Positions 19,179 through 28,681 are shown, counted from the first letter of the stretch. The stretch is DNA of 64,000 bases from a bacterium (GCA_024641305.1 JAHEDI010000003.1:48889-112888); one strand, 5' to 3'. Numbers and translations: made by a program. The notes: generated by a model not told the origin, from the letters alone.

Positions 19179-20254
19179 GCCTGTTTGGCTGGATGGTCGG
19201 GCGGCAAGAACGGAAGGATCAGCTCGGTATTGATGGCACGTTCGAAGGCGGTTTCCGGGTCGATGCGCTTGGCCGTTAGAAGCTCAAGAATGGCGTGGTC
19301 GAGTGTTTGCATGCCTCCTGACCGCCCGGTTTGCATCAACGAGGGAATCTGGAAAGTCTTTCCCTCGCGGATCAGGTTGGCGATCGCCGGGGTGCAGATC
19401 ATGATCTCAAGAGCGGCTACTCGGCCCGGTGTGTCGACGGTCCGAAACAGCGTTTGTGCAACGACAGCCTTGAGTGAGTCCGCCAGTGTTGAGCGTATTT
19501 GCTCCTGCTCATCGGCGGGAAACACCTCGATGATCCGATCCACCGTCTTGGCCGCGTTATTGGTGTGAAGCGTGCCGAAAACCAGGTGGCCGGTGGCGGC
19601 AGCTTCGATGGCAAGGCGAATGGTTTCAAGGTCGCGCATTTCGCCAACCAGAATGATGTCCGGGTCTTCGCGCAGCGCCGCCCTGAGTGCGGCTGAGAAC
19701 GAACGGGTATGGCTGCCGACCTCCCGATGGTTGACGAGAGCCATCCGGCTTTTGTGGACGAATTCGACCGGGTCCTCAATCGTCAGGATGTGATCGTTTC
19801 TGGTCTTGTTCGCCTCGTCGATAATGGCTGCCAACGTGGTGGATTTGCCAGATCCAGTTGGGCCGGTGACGAGCACGAGGCCCTTGTGGAGTTGGGCCAG
19901 GTTTGTGACCTGACGGGGAAGATTCAGCTGCTCGCAGGTGAGGATGTCTTCGGGGATGAGACGGAACACGGCCGCTGCTCCGCTCTTTTGTACAAAAAGG
20001 TTGGCCCGGAACCGGGCTAGACCGGGCACCTGGTACCCAAAATCGACGTCACCGCTCTCCTCGAAGGACGCCCAGAGCTCCGGTGGCGTGATTTCGCGCA
20101 GCAAAGCTCTGACCGTCTGGTCATTGAGCCGTTCGGACTTGACCCGAACCAGGTTTCCGTGGATTCGCATGATCGGAACCTGGCCGGCGACCAGGTGAAG
20201 GTCCGACCCACCTTGTTGATGGAGCCCCCGAAAGAGCGGATCAAGTTTGGCCAT
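19175..20254 (-). CDS. pilT: Type IV pilus twitching-motility ATPase PilT
   Basis: Walker A GPTGSGKST, Asp box, Walker B DPDIILVGEMRD, His box, and the PilT-specific AIRNLIRE-like motif (AIANLIREGK). Confidence 0.85.
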   Translation of the reverse strand: MAKLDPLFRGLHQQGGSDLHLVAGQVPIMRIHGNLVRVKSERLNDQTVRALLREITPPELWASFEESGDVDFGYQVPGLARFRANLFVQKSGAAAVFRLIPEDILTCEQLNLPRQVTNLAQLHKGLVLVTGPTGSGKSTTLAAIIDEANKTRNDHILTIEDPVEFVHKSRMALVNHREVGSHTRSFSAALRAALREDPDIILVGEMRDLETIRLAIEAAATGHLVFGTLHTNNAAKTVDRIIEVFPADEQEQIRSTLADSLKAVVAQTLFRTVDTPGRVAALEIMICTPAIANLIREGKTFQIPSLMQTGRSGGMQTLDHAILELLTAKRIDPETAFERAINTELILPFLPPDHPAKQA

Positions 20255-20533
20255 GTGACCCTCTGTCGTCGAATTGCATTGCCGAGCGTTGCTATGACTC
20301 CATCGACCCGTCAGGCGTCCTGGTTGAGGACAACCTTGCGAGCCAGGTAGCGGGCGACTCTGGAATCAGTCTCATAATCCCCATGGTCACGCCGGTTTTC
20401 TGGCATTTGTTGGTCCTTGAGGTTCGGGCACGCAATCCTTGCGCCCGGCGATCACATGTGCCGTGGTCTGGACCGAGCTGACCGGAAATACGGAGGATCC
20501 CGGTTAACCAGGCGATCCGCGTAGGCTGTCGGC

Positions 20534-21640
20534 ATGAGTGACGGCGAAGGATACGTGCGAGAGAACCCTCCTCCGCTACCGAAGCGCCGCATGGCCTTGA
20601 AGGGTATGTATCTCGGTCGGGTGTTTGGGGTTCCTGTGACGGCGGGTCCTTCATGGGTCGTTATCATGGGCTTGCTCACCTGGAGCCTTCAGAACAACCT
20701 CAACGCCGGGTTAGCTGGTTGGCTAGCTGGTGCGTTCGGGGCCTGCATGTTTGGGGCGGGGGTTCTTCTCCACGAGGTCTCTCATTCGGTGGTGGCGATC
20801 CGCCGGGGTATCCCTGTCAAGCGCATCCGGCTGATGGTTTTCGGTGGGGTATCTGAATTGGCCCATGAGGCAAGAAGGCCCGGCGACGAATTCATGATTG
20901 CGGCGTCGGGGCCGGTCTCTTCGGCTGCGTTGGGGGTTTTGTTTCTTGCCGCAACGAATCTCACGGCTTCAGCCGTTCTGGATCCGACGCTTCGTTGGGT
21001 CGGGTGGATCAATATCTGGTTGGCGGTTACCAACCTTTTGCCGGGGATCCCTCTTGATGGGGGTCGCGTGCTGAGGTCGGCGGTTTGGAAGGCGACCGGT
21101 AACCGGGTTCAGGCGACCAGGGTGGCGGCCCGGGTGGGGCAGGTCCTCGGTGGGCTCATCATCTTGACCGGGCTAGTTCTGTTCGGGTGGCTCGGATTTG
21201 ATGGTCTGTGGGTCGGGTTCATTGGATGGATTCTGTTCGGGGCGGCCAGCGCGTCCTACGCACAACCTTTTACCGACAGCGATCTGCTGGAGCTACCGGT
21301 TGATCGGGTCATGCACAGGGTCGAGGCATATGTTTCTCCGGCGGCAAGAGTTGAGACCGTCGTGTTCGGTGAGCACGAGGTGGTCCCGGTGATGGGGCCG
21401 TGGGGCGATGTACTCGGGGTGCTGCATCGTTCGGCAATAGATCCGGCAAGGACCCAACAGGTGAGAGATGCCATGATTCCGGTTCGCAAGGCGGAGATTG
21501 TTGATAGTGGCACCACAGTCGGCAGTCTTCTGATGGCGCTGGGTTCGGCCGATTTCAACGTGGTCGTGCTGGCCTCTGGAGAACCAGTGGGCATCGTGCG
21601 CCCGTACGAACTCATCGAGTATTCGGGTCGGCCGGGCTGA
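20534..21640 (+). CDS. Site-2 protease (M50) family metalloprotease with C-terminal CBS pair
   Basis: HEVSHS zinc motif (HExxH) in a TM helix, multiple TM segments, and a C-terminal tandem CBS-like region. A start at the internal M (MALKG, 20590) is possible. Confidence 0.7.
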   Translation: MSDGEGYVRENPPPLPKRRMALKGMYLGRVFGVPVTAGPSWVVIMGLLTWSLQNNLNAGLAGWLAGAFGACMFGAGVLLHEVSHSVVAIRRGIPVKRIRLMVFGGVSELAHEARRPGDEFMIAASGPVSSAALGVLFLAATNLTASAVLDPTLRWVGWINIWLAVTNLLPGIPLDGGRVLRSAVWKATGNRVQATRVAARVGQVLGGLIILTGLVLFGWLGFDGLWVGFIGWILFGAASASYAQPFTDSDLLELPVDRVMHRVEAYVSPAARVETVVFGEHEVVPVMGPWGDVLGVLHRSAIDPARTQQVRDAMIPVRKAEIVDSGTTVGSLLMALGSADFNVVVLASGEPVGIVRPYELIEYSGRPG

Positions 21641-22331
21641 CGAGCGCCGGGACGACTGTGGCTGCCGGGCCGATTAGTTCGACAGCGGCGTGCCGACCGA
21701 TCTTGGTCGGCTCCCGATTGATGGCGATGACGGTTCGGGCCCCACCTATGAGGCCGGCCGCCGGCCAGACTTCACCGCTCGTACCGATGACCACCGTTAC
21801 ATCGGCCTGTTCTATGGCAGTTTCGGCCAAATGCCAGGCAAGTTCCGGCAACATCTCGCCAAACCACACCACGTCGGGCCGAACCATGGATCCACAGTCG
21901 GGGCAGGTGTGGAGGGCAGGCGGGTTCGATAGGTCGACCGCGCAATGGTATCCACAACCGTTTTGACATCGATCGTGATCGAGAACGCCGTGAAGGTGAA
22001 CCACGTTGTTCGCGCCGGCCCGTTCAAGAAGGTTGTCGACGTTCTGAGTGATGTGCAGCTGCCAGTTGGTGGCGGCCAGCGCCAGATGAGCGGCATTCGG
22101 GTTGGTCATTGCCAGAGTACGACGACGATGCCCGTACCATTCGGAAACCTCGTTCGGCCGGGCACGAAAGCCTGCAGCGCTTGCATAGACCGCCGGGTCG
22201 ACCTTGCTCCATACGCCGTCGGGGTCGCGGAATGTCGCGATTCCGGATTCGGCCGAGAGTCCGGCACCGGAAAACGACACCACCTGTGACGCTTCCGAGA
22301 TGAGTGTCCGGGCGTGGCGCAGGTTATCCAT
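21612..22331 (-). CDS. cobB: NAD-dependent protein deacylase (Sir2/CobB sirtuin)
   Basis: GAGLSAESGIATFRD, QNVDNLLERAG and HG...CxxC...CxxC zinc motif. 239 aa. Confidence 0.85.
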   Translation of the reverse strand: MDNLRHARTLISEASQVVSFSGAGLSAESGIATFRDPDGVWSKVDPAVYASAAGFRARPNEVSEWYGHRRRTLAMTNPNAAHLALAATNWQLHITQNVDNLLERAGANNVVHLHGVLDHDRCQNGCGYHCAVDLSNPPALHTCPDCGSMVRPDVVWFGEMLPELAWHLAETAIEQADVTVVIGTSGEVWPAAGLIGGARTVIAINREPTKIGRHAAVELIGPAATVVPALVSPADPNTR

Positions 22332-22367
22332 GAGGCTCAGTCCGGTGGGTTCGATCGGTGCTGGCGG

Positions 22368-25139
22368 TCACGGGTGTTGCTCGAGGACTTCCAGGATGGT
22401 TTCGCCATAGCTCTCCGCCTTGGTCGAGCCAATCCCCGGGCAGGTGAGAAGCTCCTCAATCGTTGTAGGTCGTCTGGCTGCGATGCCAATGAGGTGTTTG
22501 TCGGAAAGGACGATGTAGGCGGGAACGTTCTGCGCTCTGGCCGTTTCGGCCCTCCAGCTCTTGAGGGATTCGACAATGGCTGGGTTCGCTTCGTGGACCG
22601 GACGGGCAAGGGGTGCAGAAATTGATCCAACCCGTACTCGCTCCCGCCAGGGCACCGTCAACCGGGCTCCTGTCGAGAGCTCGATGATGGCTCCGTCGTC
22701 GTCGAATGCGGTAACCGTGCCGTCGTAGCCTCCCCAGCGGAGGCGATCGCCCAGCCCAGGTGCGATCCCCCCGGTTGCCGGCGGGGTGGGTCGGTCAGGT
22801 CGAGAGCTGACTGTCTTCTTTGCGTTGCGCGGGGCGGTGCCGGAGAGCTCGGCGATGAATGGCGAGGGTCGGCTCCGATCGCCTACTACGGCCACCGATT
22901 CGATGCCCCGGGTTATGGCCACATGGAATACCCGCCGTTCCTCTTCCAGATCTTCGGCCAATTGATGAGGTAGAACCCCGTCGGTGACGCTGTAGACCAG
23001 AACGCACGGCCATTCGGCGCCTTTGACCTTGTGAATTGTCGACAACATCACGCCGGTCGGTGACCCTTCGGCTGCGAGGAGGGTCTCGAGTTTGGATTGG
23101 AAGGCTGCCGGGTTCGGGTAAAGGTCGGCCAGTTGGCTGATGGCGTCCAGGTCGTCTTTGTGGCCGGATCGATCAGGGGTCGTGCGCGACTGATCCAACA
23201 GCATGGCCGCGCGATCAAGGCCGACGGTCTTGCGTACCGCTTCTACGACGTCGCTGGTTGAACCTCGGGCGGCATTGGCAACCGTTTCGAGATCGGCGAC
23301 GAATTCGTCGAATCGATCCTGGAAGCGCTCCTCAAGCCGTCCTGAGGCGGCCGTCAGTTCTTCAAGGCTCCAGCGTCCCCGGCTTGAAATCAGCGCGGAC
23401 GCCACTCGTGTCATGCGACGAGGCGGCCGACCGAGCACCTCGCGCAGGTCGTCGCGGCTCATGACCTCCGGTGACAAACCCATCCGCAGGTATGCCAGGA
23501 ACGCCCGCACCGCGGTGCGGCGGAGAAAGTCAGCCCCCACCGGAGCGGTGTGGGGGACGCCTCGTTCGGTCAGGATTGCCTGGACCGGAAGGAGTGCGTG
23601 ATTCACCCGGCTGAGGACCGCGATGTCTCTCGGACGATGATCGGTCAGCCAACCGGTCACGATGTCGGCCGCCACCGTCCCCTGGCTATCGGAAGGGGCC
23701 GCCTCAACTCGCAAGTCAGGTGGTGAAATCGGGTCGGGTGAGACGATGTTCTTGGGGATACGCCGTGCGTTATAGCTGAGGAGATGTTTGGCGGCTTCGA
23801 CCACAACCGCCGGGGACCGGTAATTGGTTTCAAGCGCGTAGTGGCCGGCGCCGGGGAAGAGATCGTCGAAACCGATGAGAAAAGCGGGGTCGGCGCCGGC
23901 GTAGCCGTAGATGACCTGGTCGTCGTCGCCGACGCCGAATACTTGGTAGGCGGGAGCGGCCACCAATCGGAGCAAAAGAAGGTACGCCGGTGTGAGGTCT
24001 TGGAACTCGTCAACGAGCAGATGACGGGCAGAACTTCGAACCCGATCACGCAGATCGGGGTTCGTGAGGAGTAGTTGGATGGCTTGATAAATCTGTTCGT
24101 CGAAGTCGACCGCCCCTCGGTCGGCCAAGCGGCGCCGGTACTGCTCATAGACCTCGACGAAGCCCGGCACGTCATCGCGCTGATCTTCCACGATTGCCGG
24201 GTCGATCAGCCCGATTCTGACACTTGTCAAGGCTTCCAGGTAGGGGGCAGTGATATCACGATTCTGCGCTGGTTGAGCTGGAATCAGCGGAGCCAGGATG
24301 GACCGTTGCTCGCGCTCGTTGAGGACGGGAACGTCACCTTTGGATGCCCGAACAATGGCATAGGCCAACGAGTGAATGGTTCGTATGGAGGAGTCGACCC
24401 CTTCGATCCGCTCGGTCATCTCCCTGGCGGCCTTGGCGTTGTAGGCGACCGCCGTGATGAGATGTGGCTCGATCCACCGGTCGCGCACGAGATGCGTGAT
24501 CCGGGCGGTGAGAGTACGGGTCTTCCCCGAACCGGCCGGGGCGATGATCCGTGCTGGGCCGGCAGCATGATTGACGGCCGCCGATTGATCGTCTGCCAGG
24601 TCGGTATCGGATGCTCGTGGATGAGCAGGTGACGTGTTGAGTGTTCCCAGTTCAATTGACTCTCGATGAACAAGAAGATCGGCGATGTCTACTGGCCCTC
24701 GTGGTCCTCCGTCGCACCAGGCGGCGCGGCCATCAGGCAACAGGATGTCGGTGACCGAGCCGGGTTTGGCACCGAGTCGTTCGGCTTTTCGGCTGTGCCA
24801 CCAGATCGGATCGGATTCAGTTCCCCGACCGTCGTAATTGTTCGCCCAGACGAGAAACTGGAGGCGTTCCTTCGGGAATTCGAAATCCGGAGGGAGTGTG
24901 TATGGCTCGGCGTCGGTGATTTCTGTTTGGCGCAGCGTCTCTGCGGGAACCTGTAGTTCGACGATGAGAGCTTCACGTTGGGTCCAGGCTTTTGCCAGGC
25001 GAGCGATGGTTTTGGCTGGGGCGGCCATGACGGCCTCATCAAGGATCACTCGATCACAATCTGACCAGGGTGCTGGAGCGACGGCAGCGGAGGTAGTAAC
25101 GATGCCGCGGCCCAAACTTGCCGGTGGAAGAGGATTCAT
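22368..25139 (-). CDS. uvrD2: UvrD2-type ATP-dependent DNA helicase (UvrD core plus C-terminal HRDC, with an extra N-terminal domain)
   Basis: Walker A IIAPAGSGKTRTL and UvrD helicase motifs. The C-terminal LKSWRAETARAQNVPAYIVLSDKHLIGIAARRPTTIEELLTCPGIGSTKAESYG matches the UvrD2 HRDC tail. Start trimmed to the internal ATG because the upstream part of the track ORF overlaps a separate small membrane ORF. Confidence 0.8.
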   Translation of the reverse strand: MNPLPPASLGRGIVTTSAAVAPAPWSDCDRVILDEAVMAAPAKTIARLAKAWTQREALIVELQVPAETLRQTEITDAEPYTLPPDFEFPKERLQFLVWANNYDGRGTESDPIWWHSRKAERLGAKPGSVTDILLPDGRAAWCDGGPRGPVDIADLLVHRESIELGTLNTSPAHPRASDTDLADDQSAAVNHAAGPARIIAPAGSGKTRTLTARITHLVRDRWIEPHLITAVAYNAKAAREMTERIEGVDSSIRTIHSLAYAIVRASKGDVPVLNEREQRSILAPLIPAQPAQNRDITAPYLEALTSVRIGLIDPAIVEDQRDDVPGFVEVYEQYRRRLADRGAVDFDEQIYQAIQLLLTNPDLRDRVRSSARHLLVDEFQDLTPAYLLLLRLVAAPAYQVFGVGDDDQVIYGYAGADPAFLIGFDDLFPGAGHYALETNYRSPAVVVEAAKHLLSYNARRIPKNIVSPDPISPPDLRVEAAPSDSQGTVAADIVTGWLTDHRPRDIAVLSRVNHALLPVQAILTERGVPHTAPVGADFLRRTAVRAFLAYLRMGLSPEVMSRDDLREVLGRPPRRMTRVASALISSRGRWSLEELTAASGRLEERFQDRFDEFVADLETVANAARGSTSDVVEAVRKTVGLDRAAMLLDQSRTTPDRSGHKDDLDAISQLADLYPNPAAFQSKLETLLAAEGSPTGVMLSTIHKVKGAEWPCVLVYSVTDGVLPHQLAEDLEEERRVFHVAITRGIESVAVVGDRSRPSPFIAELSGTAPRNAKKTVSSRPDRPTPPATGGIAPGLGDRLRWGGYDGTVTAFDDDGAIIELSTGARLTVPWRERVRVGSISAPLARPVHEANPAIVESLKSWRAETARAQNVPAYIVLSDKHLIGIAARRPTTIEELLTCPGIGSTKAESYGETILEVLEQHP

Positions 25140-25177
25140 GAGTGCCAGGCTAGGCCGTACCTGTGACACAAAAGCGG

Positions 25178-25453
25178 TCAGGCGGTCCAACCCAGCAAGC
25201 GGTCTCCCAGGTAGACCAGGAGCATCCACGTCGCCAGGGCAAGGGCCGGAGAGGCTGCGTAGAACAGGCTCTTGCGGTGCCACCACCTGGTGGCAACTCC
25301 CAACCAAACCGCCCCGATCACCCACATTACGACCACTCCCAGGATCGGAGCAACCAGGCCCGAGACGCCGTAGAACACGAGGGCGGGTACCCAAAGGGCC
25401 GTACCGACGACCCGGTTGATGATGAGCAGCCAATCGGGTTGTGATTCGGTCAT
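25178..25453 (-). CDS. Small hypothetical membrane protein (2-3 TM)
   Basis: 91-aa ORF with strongly hydrophobic segments. It lies immediately upstream of uvrD2. Confidence 0.4.
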   Translation of the reverse strand: MTESQPDWLLIINRVVGTALWVPALVFYGVSGLVAPILGVVVMWVIGAVWLGVATRWWHRKSLFYAASPALALATWMLLVYLGDRLLGWTA

Positions 25454-25782
25454 GTCAATCGTTCGTCTGGTCCGACGGTGGGGAGTTCGGACGGCATCAA
25501 TGGATTCGGTCGGTTGTCATGATACTGACGCAGTTGCCCGGCATCACACGTCGAACAGAGGTTGATGGATCGCACTCCCACAACCGACAATTGGGTTCCC
25601 CGGCCCTTTTCGACAATGGCGAGCGGCACGGCCTGCACATCGTCGCCTCCACAGCGATCACAACGAGTGGACAGATCCCTCGTCCATCGGTGCCCACAAG
25701 TCTCACAGCGGAGGTGGATGGATCCATCGTGCCGTTCTCCCGCAAGGGCGTTCGTTTCACCACAGAGGCAGGAGATGTGCAC
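25450..25782 (-). CDS. Zinc-ribbon protein (four Cys pairs)
   Basis: CxC...CETC...CDRC...CSTC arrangement in 110 aa. Its stop overlaps the start of the downstream membrane ORF. Confidence 0.45.
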   Translation of the reverse strand: MHISCLCGETNALAGERHDGSIHLRCETCGHRWTRDLSTRCDRCGGDDVQAVPLAIVEKGRGTQLSVVGVRSINLCSTCDAGQLRQYHDNRPNPLMPSELPTVGPDERLT

Positions 25783-25823
25783 GCTAAAGCCCCGTGAACG
25801 TCATACGCGTGATGATCGGGACC

Positions 25824-26168
25824 TCATCGTGCCCTGATCGAAGCCCGGAACCTACGCCACGTGGTGACTACCTCATCGGCATCAAACATGTCGGATCCGG
25901 ACTCGGCGTTCAGATTGGCAACGGTGGTGCGGACGCTGGTTTCGGAGGTCAATCCCCAGACTCCGGCCAGCTTGCGCTCCAATTCGGCCGACCGACTCCG
26001 CCCGGTATCCTCGTCTGCGAGCCGCTTGATGAAATCCCGTGCCCACCAATCCGGGTCGTACTGGCGGTTGAGGCTTTCGATCGGTTGGCCGGCGCCAGGG
26101 AGGTTGTCGAAATCACCGCGCTCTTGGGCGAGTCGGATTTGCTCCTCGACAAAATCGAATCCCATCAC
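25824..26168 (-). CDS. DUF1992 (DnaJC28-like) domain protein
   Basis: N-terminal EEQIRLAQERGDFDNLPGAGQPI matches the DUF1992 signature. Confidence 0.6.
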   Translation of the reverse strand: MMGFDFVEEQIRLAQERGDFDNLPGAGQPIESLNRQYDPDWWARDFIKRLADEDTGRSRSAELERKLAGVWGLTSETSVRTTVANLNAESGSDMFDADEVVTTWRRFRASIRAR

Positions 26169-26396
26169 AGTGTCCTATCGAACCAGTCGATCAGAAGTTT
26201 AGCCACTACTGCCCGGTCGGATGGGCTGCCGCTGACTCAAGGCAGATAGGTCCGTGGAACACGTAAAACAGTCGGCCATGACCCCGTCAGGCCTGATGTC
26301 ACGATCAGGGTGATGCCAGATCCCGACGAGTTCGGCTCCCCGCGAACCGGTGAAGGATATGGCTTCAGTCATGAAGCCACCATGGAGCGATAGGCT

Positions 26397-27722
26397 ATGT
26401 GGGTGAGAGCGCTTCTAATTTCCACATACGAGATGGGCCATCAGCCGCTTCACGTGGCCTCGCCGGCCGCTGTTCTCCGGAACGGTGGGCATGACGTCCG
26501 AGCCCAGGACCTCGCCATCGATGCGCTGGACTGGGTCGATGTCGAATGGGCTCAGGCGGTGGCGATTTCCGTGCCAATGCACACCGCCATGCGTCTCGCG
26601 GTCGAGGTGGCTGGCCGGATCAAGGCTCGTTTCCCGGATCTCCCGGTCTGTCTTTATGGTCTGTACGCCGGCATCGGCAAGGATCGAACCTTCGGCCATG
26701 TGGCCGACCGCATCATCATCGGGGAATATGAGGCTGCCCTGTCGTCGTGGGTGGACACCCTTGATAGAGGAATCACCACAGACCTGGTCAAATCTACTTT
26801 TGTCCTCCCGGCCCGTGATTTGCTACCGCCGCTCAGCCGTTACGCCAGGCTCGAGGGATCAGGCGATGATCGGATCGTCGGCTATGTCGAAGCCAGTCAC
26901 GGGTGCCGCCATCGATGTGGGCATTGCCCGATTCCTGCCATCTATGACGGTCTCTTCCGGGTGGTGGGGGCCGACGTGGTGCTCGATGACATCGCTCAAC
27001 TCGTTGACCTGGGTGCCGAGCACGTCACGTTCGGTGACCCCGATTTTTTCAACGGCCCCCATCATGCCATGCGGATCCTCGAAGAGAGCCACCAGCGATT
27101 CCCGAGCCTGACGTACGACATCACGGTCAAGGTCGAGCACATCCTCAAACATCAGGACCTATGGGGTCGGGTGGCGGCGGCCGGTGTCGTGTTTGCCGTG
27201 TCAGCGTTCGAATCGACCAATGATGGTGTTCTGACCATTCTTGACAAGGGGCATACCCGCAATGACATGGCAGTCGCCGTAGAAATCATGCGCAGGGCCG
27301 GGATGGACATCCGGCCTTCGTGGCTGCCGTTCACCCCGTGGACGACGGTCGAGGACATTGTCGATATGTTCCGATTCGTCGCGTCATACGATTTGCCGAC
27401 CGACCCGATCCAATTCACGATCAAATTGCTGATTCCCGAAGGATCCGTCCTGCTGATGAGGTCGGAGCTGGAAGCTCAACTTGGCCCGTATGACGCCGAG
27501 CGACTCACCTACGACTGGACGGCGATTGATCCGCGAACGGAGAAGCTCGCCGATCGCTACGCCGAACATGTCGAACACTCTACGCGGTCAAACACTCTTC
27601 CGAATGCGATCATCCTCGATCTATTTGCCATGGCGCTCGAAGCGGCTGGATTGCCACCTGAATCCCTCGATATAGGGAGTTTTGAAGGGAGGCCACGGCT
27701 CACTGAGCCGTGGTTCTGCTGA
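26397..27722 (+). CDS. B12-binding-domain radical SAM protein
   Basis: CRHRCGHC (CxxxCxxC) radical SAM cluster motif preceded by a B12-binding-like N-terminal domain. 441 aa. Confidence 0.75.
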   Translation: MWVRALLISTYEMGHQPLHVASPAAVLRNGGHDVRAQDLAIDALDWVDVEWAQAVAISVPMHTAMRLAVEVAGRIKARFPDLPVCLYGLYAGIGKDRTFGHVADRIIIGEYEAALSSWVDTLDRGITTDLVKSTFVLPARDLLPPLSRYARLEGSGDDRIVGYVEASHGCRHRCGHCPIPAIYDGLFRVVGADVVLDDIAQLVDLGAEHVTFGDPDFFNGPHHAMRILEESHQRFPSLTYDITVKVEHILKHQDLWGRVAAAGVVFAVSAFESTNDGVLTILDKGHTRNDMAVAVEIMRRAGMDIRPSWLPFTPWTTVEDIVDMFRFVASYDLPTDPIQFTIKLLIPEGSVLLMRSELEAQLGPYDAERLTYDWTAIDPRTEKLADRYAEHVEHSTRSNTLPNAIILDLFAMALEAAGLPPESLDIGSFEGRPRLTEPWFC

Positions 27723-27848
27723 GCAGAGCCTTCCGCGGACCAGGTCGGTTCGCTCGGTCACTAGTCACTTAGAGTGATTTCAATATGTCCCTTTCGCTCC
27801 CTCGTAGGCTTGCCTAGGGTCAGTGTCGAGCTATTGGGGGCTTCCGAA

Positions 27849-28670
27849 ATGAAACGCATCATGGTTATGCTCGTCCTCGCTGGACTCGTCATAGCCCTGG
27901 CAGTTCCTGCCAGTGCCTCGTCGGATCGAGCGATGTGGGTTTGGGACGGACCGGTCGAAGGGGTTTCCGACTTTGCGTCCGCACATGGCGTAACCGATGT
28001 GTATCTAAGCGCACCACCTGGTTTCTCACGAGATGCCAGGTATGCGTCGTTTATCGACGACGCTCGGACCCGCGGATTGCGGGTCTGGGCTGTCGCCGGT
28101 GACGCCTCCTGGGCTCAGAATCGCAACGCCTGGGTTGGTTGGACGGATGAGGTGGTTGGCGTCGGCTTGTTCGATGGAATCGTCGCCGACGTCGAGCCGT
28201 ACCTGCTGAGCGACTGGTCGGATTCGAGGAAACGATCCCGGCTCATCTCCTCTTATCTCAAGAATCTGACTGCTGCCCGACAGGCCGCCGGCTCCACCGA
28301 GATGCTGGTTGCCGTTCCATTTTGGTGGGACCTTGCCGAGTATCAAACGAAAGGTCGGACCCTGGTGGAACGGACCATGGCTGCCGCTGATGGGGTAGTG
28401 GTCATGGCCTATCGGGACCATGCAGACGGCGTCGACGGGATCATTGATCTGGCGGGCTTTGAAGTGGCTCTCGGGTCGCAGATGTCAAAGCGGGTCGTCG
28501 TGGGAGTCGAGACCGGTCCGGCATCTTCGGACAAGGTCACCTTCTGGGAGGAAGGATCCACCGCCATGGCGGCCGAATTGACCAGAGTGGAGGCGGCTTT
28601 CGGGGGCGAAACCGGATACGGCGGGGTGGCCATCCACCACTATGGCTCGTACTCGACCATGGCTCGCTAG
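27849..28670 (+). CDS. Secreted protein of unknown function (possible glycoside-hydrolase-like fold)
   Basis: Signal peptide MKRIMVMLVLAGLVIALAVPASA, then MWVWDGP... Start trimmed to the signal-peptide M. Confidence 0.5.
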   Translation: MKRIMVMLVLAGLVIALAVPASASSDRAMWVWDGPVEGVSDFASAHGVTDVYLSAPPGFSRDARYASFIDDARTRGLRVWAVAGDASWAQNRNAWVGWTDEVVGVGLFDGIVADVEPYLLSDWSDSRKRSRLISSYLKNLTAARQAAGSTEMLVAVPFWWDLAEYQTKGRTLVERTMAAADGVVVMAYRDHADGVDGIIDLAGFEVALGSQMSKRVVVGVETGPASSDKVTFWEEGSTAMAAELTRVEAAFGGETGYGGVAIHHYGSYSTMAR

Positions 28671-28681
28671 CTCGGGGCGTA

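Noticed and set aside
20292-20679. 120-aa and 75-aa minus-strand ORFs in the pilT / M50 divergent promoter region
   Set aside because: They overlap the 5' end of the M50 protease gene in another frame. No motifs.
21612-25139. Sir2 plus large helicase pair as a phage-defence module (Thoeris/DSR-like)
   Set aside because: The Sir2 protein is a compact CobB-type deacylase with an intact Zn-Cys4 and GAGxS/QNxD motifs. The helicase is a UvrD2 ortholog in conserved synteny with adnAB. This is a housekeeping interpretation.
25140-25433. N-terminal 98 codons of the 1021-aa track ORF (MAAHHQPGRRYGPLGTRPRV...)
   Set aside because: Arg/Pro/Gly-rich low-complexity sequence typical of an out-of-frame high-GC extension. 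It overlaps a separate plausible small membrane ORF (25178..25453). I trimmed the helicase start to the ATG at 25139.
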